Source: an uncultured Deinococcaceae bacterium (GTDB lineage: Bacteria > Deinococcota > Deinococci > Deinococcales > Deinococcaceae). Taken from it: a DNA stretch of 20,427 nucleotides. Positions 8,579-18,900 of this stretch are shown in pieces. The stretch spans positions 1 to 20,427 of the forward strand of contig CAXULY010000068.1 in the NCBI GenBank assembly GCA_964252075.1, given 5' to 3'. The notes under the pieces were generated by a model, which saw only the letters and a list, made by a program, of their open reading frames with translations, did no database searches and was not told the DNA's origin. Numbering within the stretch: position 1 is the first letter of the stretch; every line of letters starts with the position of its first letter. The translations under genes and the position numbers were made by a program.

Positions 8579-10087
8579 TCACGAATGGGTCACCTCTGGC
8601 GTCCCGACCACACCGCCCAGCGGTGCGCCCGCCTCGGCGGTGTGCTTGCGGAACAGGTCCACCAGCCCGCCGTTCGGCTGGCACTGGCCAAGCGCAAAGG
8701 ACGACAGCACCTGATCGAGCTCGTCGTCCGTCAGGTCCCGGAACAGCTCAATGAACGGCTTCTGCAGGAGCGCGCCCACGTAATGGTCGAAGGTCGCCTG
8801 CCCCAGGAAGCGCCTGTTCGCCGCCGGGGTGACGCTCGGGTCGCGCAGCACGCCCTCGATGATGCCGGCCAGTTCACCCAGCTTGTCGCGCGCGGGCGTG
8901 CTGGGCAGCCAGCCCATCCAGAAGTCGGCGTCCAGCAGCCGCTTGGCGTCCAGGCTCTCCTGAACGAGCTGCATGTACGGTGAGTGCGGGTCGAGGGTCA
9001 CGAGGCCCATCACGCCCACGTCCTTGTACACCCAGGTGGTCCAGTGCGCGCCGAACGCCTCGAAGACACCCAGCTGGTCGTCCATCGCCCGCAGCCGGCT
9101 CGCGAGGTCATCGCCGGGCCCGTTGTACACCGAGCCGAACTCCCCCACCCACAGGGGAACGCCGTGCCGACGCGCGAAGCGCGCGCCTTCCGACTCCTCG
9201 AACACCCGGCGCTGCGTGTCCCGATCCCAGTGCTGCAGGGTGAGCTCCGACTGGAACGAACCCTCGACGCCCGCGAACGACCCCGGGTACGGCCCCGGTC
9301 CGAACCCGGCGGGCGTGTAATTGTGGCTGCTGTACACCAGGTGGTCCGCGAAGGGGGCGTCCAGGCCGTCAAAGCGGGTGGAGAACAGGTCACCCTCCAG
9401 GAAGATGATGTGTCGTGGGTCCACCTCGCGGATGGCCGTGACGACCCGCCGGTACACGCTGTTCAGGACCGCCCAGTCGGGCGCGTAGTCGCTGCGGCCC
9501 AGCCGCCCGTCCGGCGCGTTCGTGACGGGTTCGTTCATGACGTTGTACCCCGCCACCCACGGGTGGTCGCTGAAGCGCTCCGCGAGGGCGCGCCACAGCT
9601 GCACGAAGCGGTCCTGGAAGTGCGGGTGCTGCCAGAACAGACTGCCGCGCAGCGGGTTGTCGCTGTGCCAGTCGGTGTTCTGACAGCCCTGCACGGCGTG
9701 CAGGTCCAGGATGGCGTACAGGCCGTGCTGGGCGCACCACTCCAGCGCGCGTTCCAGGCGCGCGAAGCCCTCCTCACGCCACTCGAAGGGCCGGGCGTCG
9801 TGCTCGAACTGCCGGTAATTCAGGGGGATGCGCACCGTGTTGGCGCCCGTGGAGCGGATGAACCGGACGTCCTCCTCGGTGAAGACGTGGTGCATCAGCC
9901 GCTCGAAGAAGAACTCGGTGCGCGCCGCGCCCAGCTGCTCCCGCATGCGGCGCTTCAGGGCGTGCTCGGCGCCGGGGTACCCGATGATGAAGTTCTCCAG
10001 GTGCATCCAGCCGCCGGCGCAGGTGCCGCGCAGCCGCACCGGCTGCCCGCGTGAATCGAGAATCTGGGTTCCGCTGACCTGCAACAT
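8579..10087 (-). CDS. Glycoside hydrolase family 5, cytoplasmic; resembles the GH5_22 beta-xylosidase type
   Basis: [20 protein letters not shown] (acid/base Glu), YSSHNY and LWVGEFG (nucleophile Glu). No signal peptide; GGAGG RBS. The subfamily call rests on recalled similarity of [15 protein letters not shown]. Confidence 0.88.
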   Translation of the reverse strand: MLQVSGTQILDSRGQPVRLRGTCAGGWMHLENFIIGYPGAEHALKRRMREQLGAARTEFFFERLMHHVFTEEDVRFIRSTGANTVRIPLNYRQFEHDARPFEWREEGFARLERALEWCAQHGLYAILDLHAVQGCQNTDWHSDNPLRGSLFWQHPHFQDRFVQLWRALAERFSDHPWVAGYNVMNEPVTNAPDGRLGRSDYAPDWAVLNSVYRRVVTAIREVDPRHIIFLEGDLFSTRFDGLDAPFADHLVYSSHNYTPAGFGPGPYPGSFAGVEGSFQSELTLQHWDRDTQRRVFEESEGARFARRHGVPLWVGEFGSVYNGPGDDLASRLRAMDDQLGVFEAFGAHWTTWVYKDVGVMGLVTLDPHSPYMQLVQESLDAKRLLDADFWMGWLPSTPARDKLGELAGIIEGVLRDPSVTPAANRRFLGQATFDHYVGALLQKPFIELFRDLTDDELDQVLSSFALGQCQPNGGLVDLFRKHTAEAGAPLGGVVGTPEVTHS

Positions 10088-10103
10088 GCTGCCTCCGGGT
10101 GAC

Positions 10104-10952
<849 letters not shown>

Positions 10953-10953
10953 G

Positions 10954-11880
10954 TCAGACCTCCGTCTCGAAGCGGCGGGTGAAGCGCAGCACCAGGCCCG
11001 CCACGGTCGCCACGATGATGAACATGGCGGTGGAGATGGCCGCGCCGTACCCGATGTTGAAGCTGCTGAACACTGTGCGGTACATGTACGTCGCCATCAC
11101 CTCCGAGGCGTTGGACGGCCCGCCGCCCGTCATCACGTACACCAGGTCGAAGTACCGCAGCGACCCGATCAGGGACAGCACCACGGCGCTGCGGATGGTG
11201 CCCTGCAGGTACGGCAGGGTGATGCGCCAGAACACCACGCGTTCGGTGGCGCCGTCCAGGGTGGCGGCCTCGCGCTGCTCGGCGGGGAAGTTCGACAGGG
11301 CGGCCAGGAACAGCAGCATGTAGAAGGGGATGTTCTGCCAGCACACCACGGCGATCACGGACGGCAGCGCCAGCGCGGTGCTGCCCAGCCAGTCCTGGGC
11401 GAGCGGGTCCAGGTGCAGCGCCCGCAGCACGCTGTTGAGCGGGCCGAAGTTCGGGTCGTAGATGCTGCGGAACACCGTCCCGATCGCGACGCTCGACATC
11501 AGGAGTGGCAGCACGTACAGCACCTTGAACAGCCGCGAGGCGCGCCCGGCGCGGTGCAGGAGGAAGGCCAGCAGCAGACCAGCGGGAATCTGAATGGCGA
11601 TGGAGAGCGCCGCGAGCAGCAGGTTGTTGCGCAGCGACGTCCAGAACACCTGGTCGTGCAGCAGGTCCACCCAGTTCTGCAGCCCCACGTACCGGGCGGT
11701 GTTGCCCAGGCCGTTCCAGTTCAGCACCGACAGCCGGGCGCTGGACACCAGCGGGTACACCAGGAACACCAGCAGCATCAGCACGGCCGGCAGCAGGAAC
11801 GCGGCGGCGACCCAGGCGTGCCGGCGCGTGGCGCGGCGCGAGGAGCGCTTCCGGGCGGTGGGCAGCGGGGTGACAGTCAT
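10954..11880 (-). CDS. Carbohydrate (CUT1) ABC transporter permease, MalF-like
   Basis: FLLPA, YVGLQNW, EAA loop [20 protein letters not shown] and GYGAAIS. AGGAG RBS. Confidence 0.92.
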   Translation of the reverse strand: MTVTPLPTARKRSSRRATRRHAWVAAAFLLPAVLMLLVFLVYPLVSSARLSVLNWNGLGNTARYVGLQNWVDLLHDQVFWTSLRNNLLLAALSIAIQIPAGLLLAFLLHRAGRASRLFKVLYVLPLLMSSVAIGTVFRSIYDPNFGPLNSVLRALHLDPLAQDWLGSTALALPSVIAVVCWQNIPFYMLLFLAALSNFPAEQREAATLDGATERVVFWRITLPYLQGTIRSAVVLSLIGSLRYFDLVYVMTGGGPSNASEVMATYMYRTVFSSFNIGYGAAISTAMFIIVATVAGLVLRFTRRFETEV

Positions 11881-11898
11881 CGGGAACTCCTGTGGGGA

Positions 11899-11932
11899 GG
11901 GCGGGACGCCGCGCGGGGGCCGCGTCCCGCCC
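11899..11932 (-). promoter_or_regulatory. Stem-loop directly after the binding-protein gene (mRNA stabiliser or partial terminator)
   Basis: Perfect 11-bp stem GGGCGGGACGC/GCGTCCCGCCC with a 12-nt loop. Confidence 0.55.
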
Positions 11933-11937
11933 GGCCG

Positions 11938-13206
11938 TTACTTCAGGACCTTCTTGGCCAGCGCCTCCATCTGGTCGGCGGCGGCCTGCGGGGTGACGCT
12001 CTGCCCGAGCAGCGCCTGACTGGTGTCCTTGTGCAGCTCACCCAGCTGAGGGGGCAGTTCCTGGTCGTACCACAGCTGCACGCTGGAGGCGTTGTTCAGC
12101 GCCTGCTGCACCCGCTGCAGCAGCGGGTCGGTGGCCTTCAGGCCCTTGACGGGCGGCAGGCGGTTGTCCGCCAGGCGCGCGCGCATGGAGGCGTCGTCCG
12201 TGAGGTACGTCAGCAGCTTGAACGCCTGATCCGGCGACTTGCAGGTCTTGGAGATGCTGAAGAAGTTGTCGCCAATGGTGCCCAGCAGCGCGCTCGGGTT
12301 GCCCTTCCCGCCCGTCACGCTGGGGAACGGGAAGAAATCCAGGTTCTTCAGGAAGTTCGGGTTCTCGTTCTTGATGGTGCTGATCTCCCAGGTGCCCATC
12401 AGTTCCATCGCGGCGCGCCCGCCGTACAGCAGCTGCCGGGTCGCGCCACTGTCGTAATCGAGGCCGTTGTAGCCCTGCACGAAACCGCCCGCCTTTACGA
12501 GGTCCTGCAGCATCTGCCCGGCCTTCACGAACACCGGGTCACTGAAGCTGCCGCCCGCCGCGCGGCTGGCCGCCTGCCGGAACACCGTGGGGCCGCCGAG
12601 GCGGTCCACGAGGTAGCCGTAGTACATGCTGCCCGGCCACTTGGCCTTGTTCGCCAGCGCGAAGGGCGCCACGCCGTTCTGCTTGAGGGTCGCGACCGTC
12701 TTGAGCAGCTCATCCCAGGTTTTGGGGGTCTTCAGGTTGTACTTCGCGAACAGCGCCTTGTTGTACAGCACGACCGCCACCGAGCTGTTCTCGGCGGGGA
12801 TGCCGTAAATCTTGTTGCCGAAGGTGACGGAACTCCAGGAGGCGGGCAGGAAGCGGTTCTTGAAGCTGGGGTTCTTCGCGAGGTACGGCGTGAGGTCCAG
12901 CACCTGGCTGGACTTGATGTACTCGTCCAGGGGGCCGCCGCCCCAGGAGGTGAAGATGCACGGCGCGCTGTTCGCGCCCACGGCGATCTTGAGTTTGGTC
13001 TTGTAGGTGTCGTTCGGCACGACCGTGACCTTCACGGTCGTGCCGGGCGTGGCCTTCGTGAAGCGGTCCACGGCGTCCTGAATGATCTTTCGACCGGTGT
13101 CGGTCACCTGAATGTGCCAGACGTCCAGGGTGCTCTGGGCGGACGTCGTGCCGAGGGTGAGGGTGGACGTCAGGGCGATCAGCACGGTGGGCAGGGTGCG
13201 ATTCAT
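11938..13206 (-). CDS. Oligosaccharide ABC transporter substrate-binding protein (family 1)
   Basis: Cleavable signal peptide; YKTKLK, SWGGG, KIYGIP, YNKALF, PKTWDEL and AAMELMGTW motifs. GGAGG RBS. Confidence 0.9.
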   Translation of the reverse strand: MNRTLPTVLIALTSTLTLGTTSAQSTLDVWHIQVTDTGRKIIQDAVDRFTKATPGTTVKVTVVPNDTYKTKLKIAVGANSAPCIFTSWGGGPLDEYIKSSQVLDLTPYLAKNPSFKNRFLPASWSSVTFGNKIYGIPAENSSVAVVLYNKALFAKYNLKTPKTWDELLKTVATLKQNGVAPFALANKAKWPGSMYYGYLVDRLGGPTVFRQAASRAAGGSFSDPVFVKAGQMLQDLVKAGGFVQGYNGLDYDSGATRQLLYGGRAAMELMGTWEISTIKNENPNFLKNLDFFPFPSVTGGKGNPSALLGTIGDNFFSISKTCKSPDQAFKLLTYLTDDASMRARLADNRLPPVKGLKATDPLLQRVQQALNNASSVQLWYDQELPPQLGELHKDTSQALLGQSVTPQAAADQMEALAKKVLK

Positions 13207-13351
13207 GGGGCCTCCAGTCGGGACAACAGATCCAGGCCAGCCGCTGGCGGCGGCGTGGCGACGGGCGGACGGTGGTGGGTGAGCGGTGCGGGGTCCTGCC
13301 TTTCCTCAGGACGGCGGTGGGGGAGGGCCGGGTGGCGCGGGAAACGTCAGG

Positions 13352-14365
13352 TCAGGGTGGGACGGGTCCGGTGGAGGCGCGCACCACGAGTTCCGTGGGC
13401 ATGATGAGGCGCTCGCTGGGCACCGGCTGGCCGCCGAGCAGCGTCAGCAGCAGGTCGGTGCCGGCGGTGCCCATCTCGATCAGCGGCTGGCGCACCGTCG
13501 TCAGCGGGGGGTGAATCTGGCTGGCCTGCGGGATGTCGTCGAAGCCGATGACCGAGATGTCCTGCGGCACCCGCAGCCCGCGGTCCCGGACGGCCTCGAT
13601 GGCGCCGAAGGCGGACAGGTCGTTCGCCGCGAAGATCGCGGTGGGGGGCGTCTGGAGGTCCAGGAGCGACTGCGCCGCGCGGAAACCACCCGGCTGGGTG
13701 AAACCCGCGTGACGTTCCAGGGTGGGGTCGGGGCGCAGGCCCGCCCGCCGCAGCGCGGCGTGGTGGCCCTGCCGTCGTTGCAGGCTCGCGGCGGTGTCGT
13801 CGCGGCCCTTCAGGAAGGCGATGCGGCGGTGACCGAGGGACAGCAGGTACGTCGTGGCGGCGTCCGCGCCCGCCTGGTGGTCGGCGTCCACCAGCGGGAA
13901 GGGCACGTCGCCGGAAGCGGCGGCCACCACCACCACCGGCACCTGCGTCTCGCGCAGGCCGTCCGCGTAGCGGGCGAGGGAGCGCGGCAGGACCATCAGC
14001 AGGCCGTCCACGAGGTTGCGGAAGCGCGCCACATTCAGCCGCTCCTGCGCGGTGTTCTCCAGGGTGGTGGAGATGAGCAGGTTGATGCCGGCCGCGTGGG
14101 CGGACAGGTCCGCGCCGCGGATCACTTCGCTCAGGTACTGCTGTTCGAGGGAGGGGACGATCACGCCGAGGGTGTTCGTGCGGCCGGCGGCCAGCGCGCG
14201 GGCGGTGGGGTGGGCGGTGTACCCCAGCTGCTCGACGAGGTGAAGGACGCGCTGTCGGGTCGCCTCTGAGATGCCGGGCCGGTTGTTGATGACTTTGGAG
14301 ACGGTCATCTTGGACACGCCAGCCTGCGCGGCGATGTCAGCGATGGTGGTGGATGCGGACCGCAA
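13352..14365 (-). CDS. LacI/GalR-family transcriptional regulator
   Basis: [24 protein letters not shown], hinge ARAL, GHRRIA, AIFAAND, VIGFDD and [12 protein letters not shown] start with AAGGAGG RBS (14372-14378). Confidence 0.95.
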   Translation of the reverse strand: MRSASTTIADIAAQAGVSKMTVSKVINNRPGISEATRQRVLHLVEQLGYTAHPTARALAAGRTNTLGVIVPSLEQQYLSEVIRGADLSAHAAGINLLISTTLENTAQERLNVARFRNLVDGLLMVLPRSLARYADGLRETQVPVVVVAAASGDVPFPLVDADHQAGADAATTYLLSLGHRRIAFLKGRDDTAASLQRRQGHHAALRRAGLRPDPTLERHAGFTQPGGFRAAQSLLDLQTPPTAIFAANDLSAFGAIEAVRDRGLRVPQDISVIGFDDIPQASQIHPPLTTVRQPLIEMGTAGTDLLLTLLGGQPVPSERLIMPTELVVRASTGPVPP

Positions 14366-14390
14366 GCGACGCCTCCTTTCACGCGCCTGG

Positions 14391-14453
14391 CGCGTAGAGT
14401 TACCGGTAATCTGGGTTACCGGTAACTCTACGCGGGCAACCGAAGGAAGTCAA
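14391..14453 (-). promoter_or_regulatory. Sigma-70-type promoter with tandem LacI-type operators heading the sugar locus
   Basis: Minus strand TTGACT (14453-14448)-17 bp-TAGAGT (14430-14425). Operators GTTACCGGTAAC (14415-14426) and GTTACCGGTAAT (14399-14410) lie inside a perfect 19-bp inverted repeat. Confidence 0.85.
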
Positions 14454-15022
14454 TCGCCCCGCCTGTCGGTTACCCCCGGAGTTCGTCCGAACCTCCGGGC
14501 CAGCGCGGACCCGAACGGCGCAATCCGTGACGGCGGCGCCTGCAGCACCACGCACTTACAAGCGCCCCACTGCACGGAATCACACCGGATGAGCCCCGAT
14601 CCACGAAAGGAGGCTGCTGGGGCGGCCTCACTTCGTCCGTTTCGCGCGGGTTCATGCCACCCCGGTTCCAGAAGCAACGAGGACCATCTCGGCTTTTGCG
14701 GAGCCGCGCAGCACACAGAGGGGCAAGCACAGTCGCTTATCCCCTTAGGTCACCGGGGCTCAATGAAAAGAGATACCAGGGGTACGTCCACTCTGAATAC
14801 GTGGACGGTACGTTCGTGGTCGAGCCGCTCTAGCGCGGGTAAAATCAGCGCTCAATCCATGACCGTAGTCGTACAGGTGCATATGAAGTGCTGATGCCCG
14901 CACGGGCGTCACCACTGCGTCTCTCGGCACGCATTCCGTGAACCTCATGCCAGCGGGCCAGGGGTGGTTCTCGTGAAGTCCAGTCATCGCTCTAAGCACA
15001 CCTGTGTGTTACGGTTGGCCCT

Positions 15023-15862
15023 TCAGGCCCCCACGTGCTCCTCGCTGAGCGCCCACAGCCGCCGGGCGAGGTCGCCGTCCAGCGCACCGCGGGAGGGCGG
15101 GGCGATGCGCTCGTTCGCGAAGTACCGCCCGCTGACCGCCAGGCTGGGGTCGCTTGCGACGCGCAGGCTCGTCCGCGCGCCCTCCTCCGGGGTGCTGGTG
15201 AAGCGCTTGACGAGCCGAACGCGGGCGGTCAGGCGGAACAGCTGGGATTGCAGTCCGGTGGTGCTGTACGCGAAGTTCGTGCGCACGAACCCTGGGTGGA
15301 CGCAGTTGCTCATGATGCCTTGCTCGCGCCGCGCGAGTTCATGCGTGAAGAGGAGGTTCGCCAGCTTGCTCTGCCCGTACGCCCCCCACCCGGAGTACCC
15401 GCGCCTGAACTGCGGGTCGTCGAGGCGGAGGCGCGCGAAGCGGTGCGCGAGGGACGACACGGTGACCACCCGTGCGTCCCGCGACGCGCGCAGCAGCGGC
15501 AGCAGTTCCCGCGTCAGCAGGAAGGGGGCGAGGTGGTTCAGGGCCCACGTCTTTTCGATGCCGTCGCGGGTTTCCTCGCGGCGCGTGAACATGGCGCCCG
15601 CGTTGTTCACGAGCACGTCGAGCCGGTCCTCGCGCGCACGGAACTCGGCGGCGGCACGGCGCACCTGCGCGAGTTCCGACAGGTCCGCGATGAGCGTCCC
15701 CGCCGCCCCAACTTCCGCCGCGACCCGCGCGGCCTTGCTGGCGTCGCGGCCCAGGATCACCACCCGCGCGCCCATCCTGGCGAGTCCGCGCGCTGTTTCC
15801 AGGCCGATGCCGTTTGTCGCCCCGGTGACCAGGACCGTCTTGCCCGCCATACGCCACGTCAT
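15023..15862 (-). CDS. Classical short-chain dehydrogenase/reductase (retinol dehydrogenase-like)
   Basis: [19 protein letters not shown], catalytic YGQSK and VHPGFVRT. Start is ATG 15862 (likely leaderless) or 15850. Confidence 0.9.
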   Translation of the reverse strand: MTWRMAGKTVLVTGATNGIGLETARGLARMGARVVILGRDASKAARVAAEVGAAGTLIADLSELAQVRRAAAEFRAREDRLDVLVNNAGAMFTRREETRDGIEKTWALNHLAPFLLTRELLPLLRASRDARVVTVSSLAHRFARLRLDDPQFRRGYSGWGAYGQSKLANLLFTHELARREQGIMSNCVHPGFVRTNFAYSTTGLQSQLFRLTARVRLVKRFTSTPEEGARTSLRVASDPSLAVSGRYFANERIAPPSRGALDGDLARRLWALSEEHVGA

Positions 15863-16369
15863 GCCCCACGGTAACAGGCGGCCCTGCACGCGTTCCCCGT
15901 TTTTGCGCCCTGAAGCCAGCGCGACGGCGCTCCACGCCCTTTCCTGAGGTGGGCCATTGAGAGGGTGCGCGACCCTTGCCCCCTCTTCCGCCTCACTGCC
16001 GCGTTGAAACAGGCGAGGTCATGCCGTTTGATCGTGGCAAGCCGCGCGGTAACGAGGGCCAGCCAGGGCATGTGGCGGCGCAGATCCACTGCATTGTGGC
16101 CTGCTTTCCTCCTGAAGCCCGCCCGGTTCCCTAATTTTGTGCAGCCGCAGTGTAGGTTTCGCGCCCTGCTGAGCTGGACGCAATTCGAGAGTGGTGATAT
16201 GTACGCGGGGCGTCCCTTATGGCGTACCCACTTAGCCAGAAGGACCGCCCGGAAAAGGAAGTGAGGCGCCATGAGCCAGGTCTTTGAATGGCTGAGGAGC
16301 GCATGCGCTGTGCAGGGCTTAAGGAACTTCCGGTCGTGCCCATCCTCGATCCTGCCGCCTGGCTTACCG

Positions 16370-16461
16370 AGTGATGGGAGTCTTGTCCTATGGCTCTGCT
16401 ACAGTGATGGGGTGGTTGTCCCATCACTCTGCGCCAACGATGGGCTGTTGGTCCCACACCG
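16370..16461 (+). promoter_or_regulatory. Promoter with three operator-like inverted repeats (probable TetR sites)
   Basis: Sites at 16370, 16403 and 16436. The central one has perfect arms AGTGATGGG-N8-CCCATCACT. Extended -10 TG-C-TACAGT (hexamer 16400-16405). Confidence 0.72.
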
Positions 16462-16476
16462 AACAAGGAGACCCTC

Positions 16477-17358
16477 ATGCAGATTTTCGTCACTGGCGGG
16501 ACCGGCACCATCGGCACCCCCGTCGTCGCTGAACTCCTGGCGCACGGCCACACCGTCCTCGCGCTCGCCCGCTCCGACGCCTCCGCGCAGGCACTCGAAC
16601 ACGCTGGAGCCCAGGTACTCCGGGGAGACCTGTCCGACCTCGACGTCCTGCGCGCTGGCGCCCGCCAGTCCGATGGCGTCATCAGCCTCGCGTTCGGCCG
16701 GGACTACGGCACGCCCGAGGCGCTCGCCCAGGGCATCGTCCAGGAGGGCGCCGCGCTCGCAGCCCTCGGCGAGGCACTCACTGGAAGCGACCGACCGCTG
16801 GTCGCGGTGTCCGGAACGCCCTGGATTCCGGGCCGCGTCTCCACCGAGGCAGACCCCCTGCCCACCGAAGGGCCCGTCGGTGGCCGCGCCCACTCCCAAC
16901 TCGTGCTGCTCCAGCTGGCTTCACGCGGTGTGCGCAGCGTCAGCGTCCGCATGCCACGCACAGTGCACCACCACGGCCAGGGCGGCTTCGCGGGCCTGCT
17001 CGTTCTCGCCGCTCGCCGCACCGGGGTGGCGGGATACCCGGGCGACGGCACCCAGCGCTGGCCCGCCGTGCATGCGCTCGACGCCGCCGCGCTCTTCCGG
17101 CTGGCCCTCGAGTCCGCGCCTGCCGGCACGTCCTGGCATGCCGTCGCCGACGAGGGCGACGCGGTCCGGGACCTTGCGGCGGTGATTGGGCGGCGGCTTG
17201 GCCTGCCCGTCCAGGAGGTGCCGGAGGACACCTTCGGGCCGTTCGGACCGATCTTCGCGATGGACCAGCCGGCCTCCAGCGCCTACACCCGCGCGACGCT
17301 CAGGTGGACGCCGACGCACCCCAGTCTCCTGGACGACCTGGAGCACGTTCAGCCCTGA
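16477..17358 (+). CDS. Atypical SDR / NAD(P)-dependent epimerase-dehydratase family oxidoreductase
   Basis: IFVTGGTGTIG Rossmann motif, LALARSD, RGDLSD, GDGTQRWPAVHALDAA and HAVADEG. No YxxxK. AAGGAG RBS. Confidence 0.9.
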   Translation: MQIFVTGGTGTIGTPVVAELLAHGHTVLALARSDASAQALEHAGAQVLRGDLSDLDVLRAGARQSDGVISLAFGRDYGTPEALAQGIVQEGAALAALGEALTGSDRPLVAVSGTPWIPGRVSTEADPLPTEGPVGGRAHSQLVLLQLASRGVRSVSVRMPRTVHHHGQGGFAGLLVLAARRTGVAGYPGDGTQRWPAVHALDAAALFRLALESAPAGTSWHAVADEGDAVRDLAAVIGRRLGLPVQEVPEDTFGPFGPIFAMDQPASSAYTRATLRWTPTHPSLLDDLEHVQP

Positions 17359-17386
17359 CCGACCGCGCGCGGGCGCCCGTCAGGGA

Positions 17387-17980
17387 TCACCACTGGGGAG
17401 GCCGTTCCAGCGACAGGGTCGCCCTGCGCAGGTCCTCCAGCGCGGCGAGCGCGTGCGGGGCGAGCCCCTCACCGTCCGCGCGGTCACCTTCCGACCACCG
17501 GGCGTAGCCGCGCTTGAACGCCAAGAGGCCCATCTCGCCCGCGAGGTGCGCCGTCACCTCCGGCACGCCGCGTGCGACGAGCGCTGCCGTCATGGCGGCG
17601 GCGAGCCCGATGCTTTTCAGGGCGTCCCGCTCCTGCAGCTCGGTGCTCGCGGCCACCGCGGCCTTGAGGCGCGGCCCGAGCTGACGGTTCACTGGCCCCA
17701 TCGCGGCGGAGGCGCGCGTGAGGCCGGCAGCCACCGCTTCGAGCGGGCTGGCGTCCGGAGCGGCTTCCGTGATGCCGTCCGCCAGCAATCGGCTCAGCGT
17801 CTCCTGGCCCGCCACGAGCAGTTCCCGCTTGTCGGGGAAGTACCGGAAGAAGGTGCTTTTGGTGACGCCCGCGCGCTCCGCGATCTGCGTCACTGTCGTG
17901 GCGTCGTACCCCTGCTCGGTGAACAGGTCAACCGCCGCGACAATCAGTCGCTCCTGCGCGCCAGGCTGCCATCGGGCCAT
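17387..17980 (-). CDS. TetR/AcrR-family transcriptional regulator, 197 aa
   Basis: LFTEQGYDATTVTQIAERAGVTKSTFFRYFPDKRE HTH. Start ATG 17980 (MARWQPG) lies 6 nt after TATGCT, so probably leaderless. Confidence 0.92.
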   Translation of the reverse strand: MARWQPGAQERLIVAAVDLFTEQGYDATTVTQIAERAGVTKSTFFRYFPDKRELLVAGQETLSRLLADGITEAAPDASPLEAVAAGLTRASAAMGPVNRQLGPRLKAAVAASTELQERDALKSIGLAAAMTAALVARGVPEVTAHLAGEMGLLAFKRGYARWSEGDRADGEGLAPHALAALEDLRRATLSLERPPQW

Positions 17981-18146
17981 GCAGAGAGCATAGAGCGTCC
18001 GCCAACGCCGTGCCGGATCGCGTCCTTGTGCTGCGAAGTGAGCGGGGCTCGGAGGCAAGGATGCAGTCAGCGGCGGGCTTGGATCGGGCCTCCTGCGCGC
18101 CATTCAACCGCGACGCCCTCAGCGCCAACACGTGCGGGGCGTCCGG

Positions 18147-18620
18147 TCAGGAACCGCTGCCCGGAGCGTCCAGCTGATCCGTGTACAGCACCTCGAAGCG
18201 CTCGCACAGCACCGCCTCCCGCTCCGTGAAGGGGCGTGGGGCGTTCCGCGCCCGCGCAAAGTACCGGAGGTGCCCGTCCCTCCACGAGGCCAGAGAGCGG
18301 TCCCCTTCACCCTCGTCTCGGGCGAACGCGGCGTCCACCTCCAGAAAAGGCACCTCCCGCAACTCCACCGTCTTCAGCAGAGCCCTCGGTCGGCCAGCGC
18401 CGTCCAGCACCACCGACAGGTCGCCCTCCCGGTACGTCACGTCGGTCGGCCAGTTGCAGGTGGCCGTCTTGGTGCCCGCCAGGACCAAACCCAGGAGGCT
18501 GTCGGCGAGGGCGGGCGAGTCGCCGAAAGCGTACACGTCGGTGGGCGGTGGAAGCTCGCCCAGGGCGTGCTCCGCGCGGTTCAGGAACGCCTGCACTTCT
18601 GGCGTGAAGGATGACACCAT
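18147..18620 (-). CDS. ASCH-domain protein, 157 aa
   Basis: FGDSPALADSLLGLVLAGTKTAT (GxKxxT), VLDGAGRP, ARDEGEGDRSLASWR..H..YF and CERF motifs. Confidence 0.88.
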   Translation of the reverse strand: MVSSFTPEVQAFLNRAEHALGELPPPTDVYAFGDSPALADSLLGLVLAGTKTATCNWPTDVTYREGDLSVVLDGAGRPRALLKTVELREVPFLEVDAAFARDEGEGDRSLASWRDGHLRYFARARNAPRPFTEREAVLCERFEVLYTDQLDAPGSGS

Positions 18621-18870
18621 GCCCCATTGTGGAGGCAAGTGGGGGGTGATGGGTGGGGGACGGCTGCCTGGACCGCTCACCGGTCATTCCGGCCCTGGCG
18701 CGTCAACGACTGGCACTCAACGGACGGCCAGTCAGGGAACGCCGTCCTGCGCATCTGGCGATGATGCACGCGCATGGCCCCGGAGGCCCGCTGCCAGCAG
18801 GAAGGGCATCCGCGGTGGTGTCGCGCCCATCCCTTTTTGCGTTTTGCCCTGCGTGGACCGCCGCTGCGCT

Positions 18871-18900
18871 CTTGCAAACATTTCTGCAAGGGCTTAAGGT
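18871..18900 (+). promoter_or_regulatory. Promoter of the racemase/peptide-ABC operon with overlapping inverted repeat
   Basis: TTGCAA (18872-18877)-17 bp-TAAGGT (18895-18900). CTTGCA-N8-TGCAAG at 18871-18890, in a locally AT-rich patch. Confidence 0.65.

Noticed and set aside
13293..13312. Small hairpin with AGGAAAGG loop (minus strand) between lacI and the binding-protein gene, resembling a CsrA site
   Set aside because: Single 6-bp stem about 90 nt from the start codon; no supporting repeats or evidence for CsrA.
14585..14612. CGGATGAG...CGAAA resembling a hammerhead ribozyme core
   Set aside because: The core requires CUGANGA, and stem II and the flanking stems do not form convincingly.
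14654..14833. 59-aa + strand ORF ending ...YQGYVHSEYVDGTFVVEPL, and minus ORF 14760-14999
   Set aside because: No suitably spaced SD or -10, weak codon bias and no recognised family; left under the unexplained-spacer finding.
15859..16272. Possible transposase or IS remnant
   Set aside because: No DDE/HUH motifs, terminal inverted repeats or target duplications that I can identify.
16370..16461. 33-bp periodic repeats as a mini-CRISPR or iteron array
   Set aside because: Units are degenerate and only 7 bp apart, overlap a promoter, and no cas or rep genes are present; operators explain them better.
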